This document shows, piece after piece, positions 45,510 to 55,510 of a stretch of DNA of 64,000 nucleotides. The notes beneath the pieces were generated by a model. It did not search any database, was not told where the DNA came from, and saw only the letters and a list, made by a program, of their open reading frames with translations. Position numbers and translations under genes: made by a program. Positions within the stretch are counted from its first letter, which is position 1, and the number at the start of each line of letters is the position of its first letter. The DNA is from Deltaproteobacteria bacterium. GTDB lineage: Bacteria > Desulfobacterota > Dissulfuribacteria > Dissulfuribacterales > Dissulfuribacteraceae. The stretch is taken from assembly GCA_015494155.1 (NCBI GenBank), contig WGBU01000011.1:874-64873 (forward strand), written 5' to 3'.

Positions 45510-45545
45510 GGCGCCTGGCCCCTTGAGGGGGCAGGCGCCTTTTTT
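45510..45545 (+). terminator. Strong intrinsic terminator after the oxidoreductase operon
   Basis: GGCGCCTGGCCCC-ttga-GGGGGCAGGCGCC (12 of 13 bp paired) followed by TTTTTT. The T-tract overlaps the stop of convergent pepF. Confidence 0.7.
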
Positions 45546-47313
45546 ATACGGCGATATTGTCCACCATTTCTTCTATCTTTTTGAGCCCCTGTTCCCAGAA
45601 CTTGGGTGAATCTAGGTCTATCCCAAAGGGCGAAAGGAGGGTATAGGGGTCTTCTTTTCCGCCTGACGAGAGGAGTTTGATGTATTTTTGGACAAAGTCT
45701 TTTCCTCCAGAATCTTCATACATGGCATAGAGTGCCAGGACCAGTAGCTCGCCAAAGGCGTATGCATATACATAGCCAGGGGCATGAATGAAGTGACTAA
45801 TGTATGACCACCAGTGTCTGTATTCTTGGGTGAGTTCAACAGAATCTTTGAACATTTCCCGTTGAGTCTTTATCCACAACTCTCCAAAGGCATCGGGCGG
45901 CAATTCGCCTTGTGTGCGCCTTGCTGTATGAATCGCATCTTCAAAGCGATTCATGGCTATCTGTCTGAATATAGTGGCAAAGATACTTTCCACCTTTTCA
46001 CAAATTAGCGCCCTTCTGGCCTCCTCGTCTTTGAGCCGCTTTAAAAGGGCCTTAAAGACCAGCATCTCCCCAAATACCGATGCTGTCTCTGCCAGGGGAA
46101 GTGGTGTGTGGGAGTTGAAATATCCCACCTCACGTGACAGGTATTGGTGTATGCCATGGCCCAGCTCGTGTGCCACTGTCTCCACGTCCCTGATCCGTCC
46201 AGTATAGTTTACCAAGAGATATGGGTGGCATGAGGGCACTGTGGGGTGTGCAAAGGCCCCACTAGTCTTGCCTGGGAGGACTGGGGCATGGATCCAGCCC
46301 TCGTCGAAGAATTTTTTACCAATGGTCCCAAAGGTATCTGAAAATTCAAAGTAGGCCTGAAGTACAATCTCCTTGCACTCGTCCCAATGGATCACCTCTT
46401 CAGAGCCTCCTGGGACAGGGGCGTAGCGATCGTAGTCGAAGAGGGTGTCAAGGCCCAAGAGCCGCGACTTTTTCTTGTAGTACTTCGCCACTATTTCGTA
46501 GTGGTCTGTTACTGTGTCCACTAGCACCTGGACCGTGTCGTCGCGCAGTTCGTTCGAGAGGTTCATGGAGCTGATCCAACTGGAATAGTGTCTGAGCCTA
46601 TCCTCGATGGCCTTTTCCATGAGCACTGTGTTAAAACAGTGGGTGAGTACGTGTTCTTCCTGCTTGAGCCCCTCGGTGAAGTCTTTGTGGGCCTTCTTTC
46701 TCACGTTGCGGTCTGGACTGTAGAGGTCTGATAGGACCTCCTCTTGGGTCCTCTCTTCCGCGCCAAAACGCAGGTGCGCCATGACTTTTTCAAAGAGAGT
46801 GATCCAACTCGACCTACCCACTGGGCTAAGATCTATGAGGAGTTTTTCTTGCTCTTCGCTCAGGGTATGTGGTGCAAGACGCCTTAAAAACGCGAGATAG
46901 TGTCTATAGTGTTCTATCGTCTTGTCTTTCAAGATGGTAGAGGCCAGATCTTCTGGGACCTTTTGCCACTCGAGATCGAAGAACACCAGATGTCTTTGGA
47001 TCTCTGCGCCTTCTTCCCTTATGCGCTGGAGAAAGGCACCCTTTTGGGGATCTGTGCAGTTGGTAGAAAAATCTAACTGTGCATAGGCAGCAATCCTGGC
47101 AAAGCGTTCATTAAGTGCCTCTAGTTCCCTTACGAGGTCGTGCAGCCCTTGGGGAGTGAGGTCTTTGACATGCCCCTTGTGGGTCTCTTCGATCTCCTTT
47201 GCCCGGGCCTTTACCTCGCCCAGGTCCTTTTCTATCTGTGGATCATCTGGCCCTTTGTAGAGATGTGAAAGGTCCCATATGACGCCTTCTGCACCAAGTG
47301 TCTTTTCCTGCAT
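45544..47313 (-). CDS. pepF: Oligoendopeptidase F (M3B metallopeptidase)
   Basis: 589 aa. The zinc motif is HELGHGIH, and the overall length and pattern match PepF. Confidence 0.9.
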   Translation of the reverse strand: MQEKTLGAEGVIWDLSHLYKGPDDPQIEKDLGEVKARAKEIEETHKGHVKDLTPQGLHDLVRELEALNERFARIAAYAQLDFSTNCTDPQKGAFLQRIREEGAEIQRHLVFFDLEWQKVPEDLASTILKDKTIEHYRHYLAFLRRLAPHTLSEEQEKLLIDLSPVGRSSWITLFEKVMAHLRFGAEERTQEEVLSDLYSPDRNVRKKAHKDFTEGLKQEEHVLTHCFNTVLMEKAIEDRLRHYSSWISSMNLSNELRDDTVQVLVDTVTDHYEIVAKYYKKKSRLLGLDTLFDYDRYAPVPGGSEEVIHWDECKEIVLQAYFEFSDTFGTIGKKFFDEGWIHAPVLPGKTSGAFAHPTVPSCHPYLLVNYTGRIRDVETVAHELGHGIHQYLSREVGYFNSHTPLPLAETASVFGEMLVFKALLKRLKDEEARRALICEKVESIFATIFRQIAMNRFEDAIHTARRTQGELPPDAFGELWIKTQREMFKDSVELTQEYRHWWSYISHFIHAPGYVYAYAFGELLVLALYAMYEDSGGKDFVQKYIKLLSSGGKEDPYTLLSPFGIDLDSPKFWEQGLKKIEEMVDNIAV

Positions 47314-47317
47314 CTTT

Positions 47318-47731
47318 TTAAAGCTCCTTAAATACCTTTGCCAAGGACTCGCCCCTTACATGGATGGACCACTCATTGAGATACCCATAAGGCGTCTCTG
47401 ATGTCAAGTAGCCACTACGCTCTAGGCGTTCACGAATCTCTTTTATCTTTGGAGGGGCGAATTCAGGTGGTGCCTTACTCGAGGAGAGGTGGTTGAACGA
47501 ATGAAAAACTACCTGTTTTGTGCCAAACTTTCCACAGATCCACTTGATGTTTTTTATGACCTTTCTGATTAGTTCAGGGCCCTTTGTCTGGTCCTCTTCC
47601 TCGAACTGAAAAAAGACCACAACTGAATCATTAAATGAGCTCCCCTCTTCATCCTGATGAGGGGCCTGGTCCAATACCTTCTTGAAGGGCCTGTAGGAGA
47701 AGTTTTCTGCAAAGAAGAGGAGGAGTTTCAA
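47318..47731 (-). CDS. Stand-alone homologue of the archaeal ThrRS N-terminal editing domain (DTD-like fold)
   Basis: 137 aa. MKLLLFFAENFSYRPF, VVVFFQFEEEDQ, VVFHSFNHLSSSKAPPEFA and PYGYLNEWSIHVRGESLAKV line up with the Pyrococcus ThrRS editing domain as I remember it. This is unverified without a search. Confidence 0.55.
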   Translation of the reverse strand: MKLLLFFAENFSYRPFKKVLDQAPHQDEEGSSFNDSVVVFFQFEEEDQTKGPELIRKVIKNIKWICGKFGTKQVVFHSFNHLSSSKAPPEFAPPKIKEIRERLERSGYLTSETPYGYLNEWSIHVRGESLAKVFKEL

Positions 47732-47737
47732 CGCTGT

Positions 47738-48043
47738 TCAGAGCGAAGGGCTTCCAGTCTGTGACGATCTCAGGGCAAATTCCAGGGCATTTCCATTTTC
47801 AATGGCAATCCAGTTACCATCCTTCAAAAACAGCCAATGGCCATGTTCAAACTTTGCCACTACTGCCCCATGATACTTCATCATGGTCTCCACCTGTTCA
47901 ACTGTATAGGGGGATTCTTTTCCCTCCATTATGCGTATCTCGCCACTTCTCTCCACATAAAAAACACCCAGGTAAATGGCAGATACCAGGCACAGGATAA
48001 GTGTGGTAGTGATTAAAATTTTTTTAAAATCTCTCTCTTTCAT
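47738..48043 (-). CDS. Small membrane-anchored protein of unknown function
   Basis: 101 aa with one N-terminal TM (ILITTTLILCLVSAIYLGVFY). It lies 6 nt upstream of the next gene. Confidence 0.4.
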   Translation of the reverse strand: MKERDFKKILITTTLILCLVSAIYLGVFYVERSGEIRIMEGKESPYTVEQVETMMKYHGAVVAKFEHGHWLFLKDGNWIAIENGNALEFALRSSQTGSPSL

Positions 48044-48113
48044 AAATTTATTTTATATCAGAGCAGGGTGAAGTAGTCAAGATTTTTTCGGCTCAAAGAT
48101 AAAGGCGACAGGT

Positions 48114-48719
48114 CTAACTGTATATTTTTACAGGGAAATTGGTGTCCTCAAGATATCTTATTGCCTCTATGAAGTCTCTCCTAGAGAGGACCTTTATTGG
48201 GAGTTCTGTCTTTACTCTACCCAACTCCTTTATGTTGTGGGCGTCGCTCCCACCTACGAGAGCGGTGCCATAGCGTGGTAGCCTCGTGAGTGCCACCTGG
48301 TTTTCATCTGAGTTATTTCTCCCATTCATTCCCTCGGCCACCTTTACGAATCTGGTCCTGAAGAGGTCTTCTCGAATAGAGCGGCCTCGTCTGAAGGGAT
48401 GGGCACCAATGGCAACACCCCCTGTAGCCCTTATATAGGCTAGGAGGTCCAAGGCATCCAGGCCCTTTGGGAGGTGTTGGTATGGACCAAAGATGAGAAA
48501 GTCCCCTTGGGTAGTAGAATACTCCATGCCAAAAATAACGCACACGCCATTTGACTGTGGCCCCTCTTTTACCTTTTCCATGCCGGCCATGGAATGATGG
48601 TCTGTGATGCAGATCCCGTCCAGCCCACACTCTTTGGCATGGAGGATTGCATCTTCTAGGGACATTTTACTACAGGGAGAGATATCAGTGTGGACATGAA
48701 GATCAAACAGCATGGCCAA
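48114..48719 (-). CDS. PHP-domain metal-dependent phosphoesterase
   Basis: 201 aa. The motifs are FDLHVHTDISPCS, ICITDHH, GAHPFR and GGSDAH. Confidence 0.75.
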   Translation of the reverse strand: MAMLFDLHVHTDISPCSKMSLEDAILHAKECGLDGICITDHHSMAGMEKVKEGPQSNGVCVIFGMEYSTTQGDFLIFGPYQHLPKGLDALDLLAYIRATGGVAIGAHPFRRGRSIREDLFRTRFVKVAEGMNGRNNSDENQVALTRLPRYGTALVGGSDAHNIKELGRVKTELPIKVLSRRDFIEAIRYLEDTNFPVKIYS

Positions 48720-48851
48720 AAATTAAGGTTAAACGCAATATTGGTCAAATTAGTATTTCTTATGGAATTATAAAAATAGATAGGTTTCGCCTATGATTGC
48801 CTTTAGGTTTTTGGTTTTCACCCCAAGTGGCATGGATTAATATGTCCTTTT

Positions 48852-50951
48852 ATGAGTTACCTCAAGAAGAAAGCACCTCAGAAGGTGTGTACCACCAGTG
48901 GCCCAAAGAGGCTGGGCCCAGGATTCCTCCTGTGGTCAATATGGGGTTGGGCCATATTCATCACCGCCATGGTCGTGGCTGGTTATGTGGGATACATCCT
49001 ACTTGATCTCCCTGAGGTCTCTAGCATCAACTCATACAGGCCCAAGCAGGTGACCGAGGTACTGGACAGGGATGGAAACCGACTGGCCTATTGGTACAAA
49101 GAGAAGCGGTGGGTAGTGCCCCTTAGTGTCATGCCAGAATATCTCAAAGACGCATTCTTGGCAGCAGAGGATGCGAGGTTTTACGAACACCCTGGCATCG
49201 ACTTTCTTGGCATCATTAGGGCCATGATAAAGAATATTGAGGCAGGGACCATAATCCAGGGGGCGAGTACCATCACACAGCAGGTAACTCGCGCCCTTTT
49301 GCTCTCTCCAGAGAGGAGTTGGAAGAGGAAGTTGAAAGAGGCCATCCTGGCCTGGCGCATAGACCACCTGCTCACAAAGGATGAGATACTAGAGATCTAC
49401 CTCAATCAGATCTATTTGGGGGAGGGGGCATATGGTGTAGAGGCAGCGGCACGTACATACTTCGACAAAAATGTATGGGACTTGACACTGGAAGAGGCAG
49501 CCATCCTTGCAGGTCTCACCCAGGCACCGAGCAAATACAACCCAAAGCGCCACCTAAAAAGGGCAAAGAGGCGACAGGCCTATGTGTTAAGGCGCATGGC
49601 CGAAGAGGGCTTTATCACAGAAGAAGAGGCAAAAAGGGCATTGAATGCACCCATTGTCATAAAGAGCTATAGTCTCAACCCCCCTCCAGGCGCTGAGTAT
49701 TTCCTAGAAGAGGTGAGAAAAGACCTTCTCCGGCGTTATGGCCCTGACGTACTATATACCAAGGGGTTGATCATAAAGACCACCCTCGACTCAAGGCTCC
49801 AGGAAAAGGCCTACAAGGAGGTAAAGCAGGGCATCGAGGCCATTCAGGCGAGGCATCCAGGGGATGAGGCACTCAAGAAGAATATAAGGGCGGCCCTCTT
49901 TGCCATGGATGCCACCACAGGCGAGGTATTGGCCGTTGTGGGTGGCATGGACTACAAAGAGAATAAATTCAATCTGGCAACCCAGGCGTTGATCCAGCCT
50001 GGATCGTCTTTTAAGCCCATAGTCTATTCCACTGCCATGGAAAGGGGGCTCATACTCCCCAATACACTCCTTGTGGACGAGCCAATCTCACTACCAGGTC
50101 AAGAACCCGGAATCCCATGGCGTCCCCAAAACTTCGACAAGACATACATGGGCCCCATAACTGTGAGGACTGCCCTCGAGTATTCCAGGAACGTAATAGC
50201 AGTAAAGATCGCTCGAATGGTAGGGGTGGATGCCATAAGATACGTGGCAAGGCGCATGGGGATTACCACACCAATTCCAAACAATCTATCCATAGCCCTT
50301 GGTTCGCAGGGTGTGAGACTCATGGAATTGGTGAGGGCATACAGTACCTTCCCCAATCTAGGAGAGAGCGTGCGCCCACAGTGGATAAAAGAGATAGAAG
50401 ATAGAGATGGGAATATTATCGAAAGAGAACAGGTGGAGCGCGTGAGAGCGCTCTCTAAGGTAACCGCCTATGAGATGCTTCACCTCTTGGAGGGGGTGGT
50501 GCAACATGGCACAGGCAGACGCGCACGTGTCCTTGGTGTGCCCGTTGGTGGGAAAACTGGGACTACAGACAATTACAGGGATGCCCTCTTTTTAGGATTC
50601 ACAAAACACGTAGTTTGTGGGGTCTGGATAGGCAGGGATGATAGATTGAGCCTTGGAAGGCTTGAGACAGGTGGCCGTGCTGCTTGCCCTGTCTGGACGG
50701 GGTTTATGAAAAATACCCTGGTGGGGAACAATAAAGAAGATATGGAATTCGAAGTACCCAAGGGCGTACTTATAGTACCTGTAGATAGAAAGACAGGAGA
50801 GATAATTGGCCGTGCTGCTGATCTGGCCAAGAAGGATGTGGTCTGGGAGGCACTACCAGAAGAGGTAGTGCCAGAACCTAAGGTACACCAGTGGCACATT
50901 GGGGTGCCTGGCTGGCTCAAAAAGATCGGCGGTTTTGTGCCGCACTTCTAA
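48852..50951 (+). CDS. mrcA: Class A penicillin-binding protein (PBP1A, transglycosylase/transpeptidase)
   Basis: 699 aa. The GT51 motifs are EDARFYEHPGIDF and RKLKEA. The transpeptidase motifs are SSFKP, SRN and KTGTT. Confidence 0.9.
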   Translation: MSYLKKKAPQKVCTTSGPKRLGPGFLLWSIWGWAIFITAMVVAGYVGYILLDLPEVSSINSYRPKQVTEVLDRDGNRLAYWYKEKRWVVPLSVMPEYLKDAFLAAEDARFYEHPGIDFLGIIRAMIKNIEAGTIIQGASTITQQVTRALLLSPERSWKRKLKEAILAWRIDHLLTKDEILEIYLNQIYLGEGAYGVEAAARTYFDKNVWDLTLEEAAILAGLTQAPSKYNPKRHLKRAKRRQAYVLRRMAEEGFITEEEAKRALNAPIVIKSYSLNPPPGAEYFLEEVRKDLLRRYGPDVLYTKGLIIKTTLDSRLQEKAYKEVKQGIEAIQARHPGDEALKKNIRAALFAMDATTGEVLAVVGGMDYKENKFNLATQALIQPGSSFKPIVYSTAMERGLILPNTLLVDEPISLPGQEPGIPWRPQNFDKTYMGPITVRTALEYSRNVIAVKIARMVGVDAIRYVARRMGITTPIPNNLSIALGSQGVRLMELVRAYSTFPNLGESVRPQWIKEIEDRDGNIIEREQVERVRALSKVTAYEMLHLLEGVVQHGTGRRARVLGVPVGGKTGTTDNYRDALFLGFTKHVVCGVWIGRDDRLSLGRLETGGRAACPVWTGFMKNTLVGNNKEDMEFEVPKGVLIVPVDRKTGEIIGRAADLAKKDVVWEALPEEVVPEPKVHQWHIGVPGWLKKIGGFVPHF

Positions 50952-51634
50952 TCTTTAGACCTAGTGGGCAGTGAAGAGAGATCCTCTTTTATCACATAGA
51001 GGAGCTTGTATGTCTTCCCCAGGGTCTCCTTTAGAGAGGCGAGGTCCTTTTCATCCATATCCTGTATCCTGATGTAGACCTCTCTGTATCCTGGCGGCAC
51101 ATTGTCCTTGGACGTGAGGACACTTACGATCCTTGCGCCACTTTCACGGATGGATGTGAGGAGTTCGTGGAGGGCACCACTCTTGTCCTCCAATTCCACA
51201 GCCAACTGAATGGGGCTGTGGTAGATGCCAGATATGCTTATCATAACCTTTAATATATCCGTCTGGGTGATGACACCCACTACCTCTCCCCTGTCATTGA
51301 TTACGGGCAGGCCAGAGATCTTGTTCTCCAGCATGATCACCGCCGCCCGCTCCACTGAGTCTGTCTCGACCAAGACCAGAGGGTTCGGTGTCATAATGTC
51401 CTTTACCTTGATCTCAGACAGGAGGTAGTAGAGTTCATGTACATCGAGGCTTGTGGCCTTTGAGGGTGCTGCCTCTTTTATATCCCTATCGCTCACTATT
51501 CCCACCAGCTTCCCATCTTTAACAACAGGGACACGTCGAATCCTGTGTTCCTTCATGAGCTGGGTGGCCTTCATTATGGAGGTATTTTCATCTACGACGA
51601 CGGGGTCTTTTGCCATCCATTCTTTGACAAGCAT
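50948..51634 (-). CDS. CBS-pair plus ACT domain protein (AcuB-like)
   Basis: 228 aa. Two CBS repeats (IRRVPVVKDGKLVGIVSDRDI, ISGLPVINDRGEVVGVITQTDI) are followed by a C-terminal ACT-like segment. Confidence 0.8.
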   Translation of the reverse strand: MLVKEWMAKDPVVVDENTSIMKATQLMKEHRIRRVPVVKDGKLVGIVSDRDIKEAAPSKATSLDVHELYYLLSEIKVKDIMTPNPLVLVETDSVERAAVIMLENKISGLPVINDRGEVVGVITQTDILKVMISISGIYHSPIQLAVELEDKSGALHELLTSIRESGARIVSVLTSKDNVPPGYREVYIRIQDMDEKDLASLKETLGKTYKLLYVIKEDLSSLPTRSKD

Positions 51635-51659
51635 ATTGCCTCCTTGATTGTGTGGTCAA

Positions 51660-52685
51660 ATGGAATACACTGAGTTTGAGTCATCTACTAAGCATATCGA
51701 GACGTGTCAAGATATTGTGAAGAAAAAAGCAAAAATTATAATAATAGGTCCTGGGGCTATAGGGTGTCTTCTCACCTCATATCTCTTTTTGTCTGGCGCA
51801 GATCCTATTCTAGTGGACTACGATCCTGGTCGTGTAACTCATATCTCTAAAAAAGGACTCTGGTTAGAAAGGGGCGGGTCGAATAGGGTCTGCATACGGC
51901 CTAGGATGATGACATTGGCGGAGCTCCCAGACGATGGATATGACTTTGTGGTCCTTTGCGTCAAGACCTACTCCCTAGAGTCGCTCATGCCAAGACTTGA
52001 AAGGATCGTTGGGCACGGGTGTGCCCTTGTAACCATTCAAAATGGTATTGGGTACTGGGAGACCATCAAGGGACACTTTAAAGATACCCCCCTTGTACTC
52101 TGTACAACCTCTCAGGGTGCTACGAAGAGTGGAGTGAATCGGGTATTTCATGCTGGCGAGGGTCCCACCTTTGTTGGGCCTTATGGGGCAGGTGACCTAA
52201 GAGAAGTGGAGGCAGCCCACCATCTCGTGGAGATACTCAATGAGACCTCTATTGAGGCAGCGTACAAGGAGGATATCTATCCACTCCTCTGGAGAAAGCT
52301 CTTGGTGAACTGCGCCATAAACCCTATTACTGCCCTCACTCGGCTCAAGAATGGGGAAATAGTAAGGGATCAAGGCCTCTTGGCCCTTCAGCGGAAGGTC
52401 ATCTATGAGGTACTCGCCCTTTCAAGAGAGGTGGGGGTGAACCTCGATCTCACAAGGGATGAGGCAGAAGGCCTTGTTTTGGATGTATGCAAGAAGACCA
52501 GGGATAACACCTCTTCCATGTTACAAGACGTTCTAAAGGGCTCCCAGACAGAGATAGACTATATAAATGGAGCAGTGGTGGAAATGGGCAAGAGATATGG
52601 TGTGGATGTGGAGACCAATCAGATCCTTACCTCTCTTGTAAAGGCACTTTCAAAAAAACATATTGACAAAACCCAGTCGTTATGA
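51660..52685 (+). CDS. panE: 2-dehydropantoate 2-reductase (ApbA/PanE family)
   Basis: The motifs are IIIIGPGAIGCLL, VLCVKTYSL and KLLVNCAINPITAL. The start is uncertain among TTG 51648, ATG 51660 and GTG 51717. Confidence 0.8.
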   Translation: MEYTEFESSTKHIETCQDIVKKKAKIIIIGPGAIGCLLTSYLFLSGADPILVDYDPGRVTHISKKGLWLERGGSNRVCIRPRMMTLAELPDDGYDFVVLCVKTYSLESLMPRLERIVGHGCALVTIQNGIGYWETIKGHFKDTPLVLCTTSQGATKSGVNRVFHAGEGPTFVGPYGAGDLREVEAAHHLVEILNETSIEAAYKEDIYPLLWRKLLVNCAINPITALTRLKNGEIVRDQGLLALQRKVIYEVLALSREVGVNLDLTRDEAEGLVLDVCKKTRDNTSSMLQDVLKGSQTEIDYINGAVVEMGKRYGVDVETNQILTSLVKALSKKHIDKTQSL

Positions 52686-52821
52686 CTAATTTGTACGCGT
52701 CTTCTCTGGTAGATTCAAAAGTCATCTAACTCCAGAGAATCAAACAAAAACCCATCGGCGGAAAGACCCATATTATTCTTATAGATTCCAGATTCGCACT
52801 AACATTAACGGAGTAAACAAT

Positions 52822-54141
52822 ATGGCCCAAGAGCTTGAAACTAACACTACCCAAAGAGAAACTGAAACTATACCCCTTAATGATCAGCCTTCATTAAACC
52901 TGTCTGATCTCAAACGAAAAAATGTAACAGAGCTGTACAACTTGGTTCAGGAGTTGGAGATAGACGTCCCTCCAGGGCTGAGGAAGCAGGAGTTGATCTT
53001 TGCCATCCTCAAGGAATTTACAAAGAAGGAGGGACAAGTCTTTGGTGAAGGCGTGCTGGAGGTGCTTCAAGATGGATTTGGTTTTCTGAGAAGCCCCTAC
53101 TACAACTATCTGCCAGGTCCTGATGACATCTATGTCTCCCCCTCACAGATCAGGAGATTCAACCTGAGGACTGGCGATACCATCTCAGGGCAGATCAGGC
53201 CGCCCAAAGATTCAGAGCGCTATTTCGCCCTTTTAAAGGTGGAGAGCATCAATTTCGAGCCGCCAGAAAAGAGCCAGAAAAAGATCTACTTCGACAACCT
53301 CACTCCACTCTACCCCATGGAGCAGATAAGGCTGGAGACAGATCCAGACAATTATTCTGCACGGATCATGGACCTCCTAACCCCCATCGGAAAGGGGCAG
53401 AGGGGACTCATTGTGGCACCACCAAGGACTGGAAAGACCATGTTGCTCCAAAACATAGCAAACAGCATAACACGCAATCACCCAGAGATATTCCTGATCG
53501 TGCTCTTGATCGACGAGCGGCCCGAGGAAGTTACCGACATGGAGCGAAATGTCCAGGCAGAGGTGGTTAGTTCTACCTTTGATGAGCCAGCCCAACGCCA
53601 TGTCCAGGTGGCAGAGATGGTGATCGAAAAGGCAAAGCGTCTGGTAGAACACAAGCGCGATGTGGTAATCCTGCTCGACAGTATCACCAGGCTTGCCAGG
53701 GCATACAACACAGTGGTGCCTCCCAGTGGTAAAATACTCTCTGGAGGTGTGGACTCCAATGCCCTCCATAGGCCAAAGCGGTTCTTTGGGGCTGCCAGGA
53801 ACATAGAAGAGGGAGGAAGCCTCACCATCATAGCCACTGCCCTTATAGATACTGGTAGTCGAATGGATGAGGTGATCTTCGAGGAGTTCAAGGGTACTGG
53901 GAACATGGAGATCCACCTAGACAGGAAGCTCACAGAAAAGCGCATATTCCCATCCATTGACATCAATAAGTCTGGGACCAGAAAGGAAGAACTGCTCCTT
54001 CCAAAAGAGGTCTTGAATCGTGTCTGGATCTTGAGAAAGCTCCTGTCTCCGCTCAATCCAATAGACAGTATGGAGTTTCTCCTTGACAAGATGCAAGGGA
54101 CGGAAAACAATGCCGAGTTCCTGGCAAGTATGAACAGGTAA
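52822..54141 (+). CDS. rho: Transcription termination factor Rho
   Basis: 439 aa. The Rho N-terminal and CSD-like RNA-binding domain reads [14 protein letters not shown]. Walker A is APPRTGKT, with the R- and Q-loop region following. Confidence 0.95.
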   Translation: MAQELETNTTQRETETIPLNDQPSLNLSDLKRKNVTELYNLVQELEIDVPPGLRKQELIFAILKEFTKKEGQVFGEGVLEVLQDGFGFLRSPYYNYLPGPDDIYVSPSQIRRFNLRTGDTISGQIRPPKDSERYFALLKVESINFEPPEKSQKKIYFDNLTPLYPMEQIRLETDPDNYSARIMDLLTPIGKGQRGLIVAPPRTGKTMLLQNIANSITRNHPEIFLIVLLIDERPEEVTDMERNVQAEVVSSTFDEPAQRHVQVAEMVIEKAKRLVEHKRDVVILLDSITRLARAYNTVVPPSGKILSGGVDSNALHRPKRFFGAARNIEEGGSLTIIATALIDTGSRMDEVIFEEFKGTGNMEIHLDRKLTEKRIFPSIDINKSGTRKEELLLPKEVLNRVWILRKLLSPLNPIDSMEFLLDKMQGTENNAEFLASMNR

Positions 54142-54169
54142 CCTTTAGACAAGGAGGATTAGATATATC

Positions 54170-54391
54170 ATGAAAGACAAGATACATCCGAAATACTATC
54201 AGGCAAAGGCGAGGTGTGCCTGTGGCAATGAGTTTGAGGTGGGGAGCACCAGAAAAGAGATCAAGGTAGAGATCTGTTCTGCGTGTCACCCATTCTTTAC
54301 TGGCAAGCAGAAGCTCGTGGACACGGCTGGTAGGGTGGAAAAGTTTGTGAAGAAATATGGCTGGGATGCCAATGCCCAAAACAAGGGTTAG
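54170..54391 (+). CDS. rpmE: 50S ribosomal protein L31 (Zn-binding type A)
   Basis: 73 aa beginning [10 protein letters not shown], with CACG...[10 protein letters not shown]. Confidence 0.95.
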   Translation: MKDKIHPKYYQAKARCACGNEFEVGSTRKEIKVEICSACHPFFTGKQKLVDTAGRVEKFVKKYGWDANAQNKG

Positions 54392-54442
54392 GTCCGCGTC
54401 TCCACCAGATACTATTGTTCAATCTGTCTTGTGTGATCATAT

Positions 54443-55510
54443 ATGTTTGAAAGATTAGAGGAGATTGAAGAGCGATTTAATACCCTTGAAAGAGAACTTG
54501 GAGACCCAGAGGTCTTAAAGGACCAAAAGCACTATCAGGCCCTTGCCAAGGAACACGCAGAGCTCAACCCCATCGTAGAGACCTACCGTGAACTAAAAAA
54601 GGTGAGGGAAGAGATAGAAGAGAACAGGGCACTCCTCCAAGACCCTGACCCTGAAATCTCTGCCCTGGCAAAACAGGAGATTCAGGACCTCCAAAGGCGA
54701 GAGGAAGAACTCACATCCCAGCTCAAGCTCCTGCTCATACCAAAAGACCCAAATGATGAAAAGAATGTCCTGTTGGAGATAAGGGCAGGGACTGGTGGCG
54801 AAGAGGCAGCCCTATTTGCCGCAGATCTCTTCAGGATGTATTCGAGATATGCAGAACGAAATGGCTGGAAGATCGAGGTTCTGAGTTCTCATCCCACTGG
54901 AATAGGTGGATTTAAAGAGATCATAGCCCTCATCTCTGGGAAAGGGGTCTATAGCAGGCTAAAATATGAGAGCGGCACCCACAGGGTGCAGAGGGTCCCA
55001 GAGACAGAGGCACAGGGTAGGATTCATACCTCTGCATGTACAGTGGCAGTACTTCCAGAGGCAGACGAGGTAGACGTCCACATAGACCCATCTGAACTAC
55101 GGATCGATGTCTACAGGGCCAGTGGTGCTGGAGGGCAGCACGTAAACAAGACAGAGTCTGCCGTCCGTATCACCCACATCCCCACAGGTCTCGTGGTCCA
55201 GTGCCAAGACGAGAGGAGCCAACACAAGAACAAGGCCAAGGCCATGAAGGTGCTGTACGCACGTCTGCAGGAACTCAAGCAGAGGGAACAACAGGAAAAG
55301 ATTAGTGAAGAACGCCGCGCCCAGGTGGGTACAGGGGATAGGAGCCAGCGGATCAGGACCTATAATTTTCCACAGGGACGTGTCACAGACCACAGGATAG
55401 GCCTTACTCTATATCAGTTGGACCAGGTACTGGATGGTGAACTGGACCAGGTGATCGATCCACTCATTACACACTTTCAGGCAGAGGCGCTAAAGGGCAT
55501 GGAGGGGTAA
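54443..55510 (+). CDS. prfA: Peptide chain release factor 1
   Basis: 355 aa. The PET-type tripeptide region ([13 protein letters not shown]) and the GGQ motif ([11 protein letters not shown]) are present. Confidence 0.95.
   Translation: MFERLEEIEERFNTLERELGDPEVLKDQKHYQALAKEHAELNPIVETYRELKKVREEIEENRALLQDPDPEISALAKQEIQDLQRREEELTSQLKLLLIPKDPNDEKNVLLEIRAGTGGEEAALFAADLFRMYSRYAERNGWKIEVLSSHPTGIGGFKEIIALISGKGVYSRLKYESGTHRVQRVPETEAQGRIHTSACTVAVLPEADEVDVHIDPSELRIDVYRASGAGGQHVNKTESAVRITHIPTGLVVQCQDERSQHKNKAKAMKVLYARLQELKQREQQEKISEERRAQVGTGDRSQRIRTYNFPQGRVTDHRIGLTLYQLDQVLDGELDQVIDPLITHFQAEALKGMEG

Noticed and set aside
53478-54152. 224-aa ORF antisense to rho, plus 53377-53916
   Set aside because: It overlaps the highly conserved rho coding frame and gives a Ser/Arg/Leu-rich nonsense-like translation.
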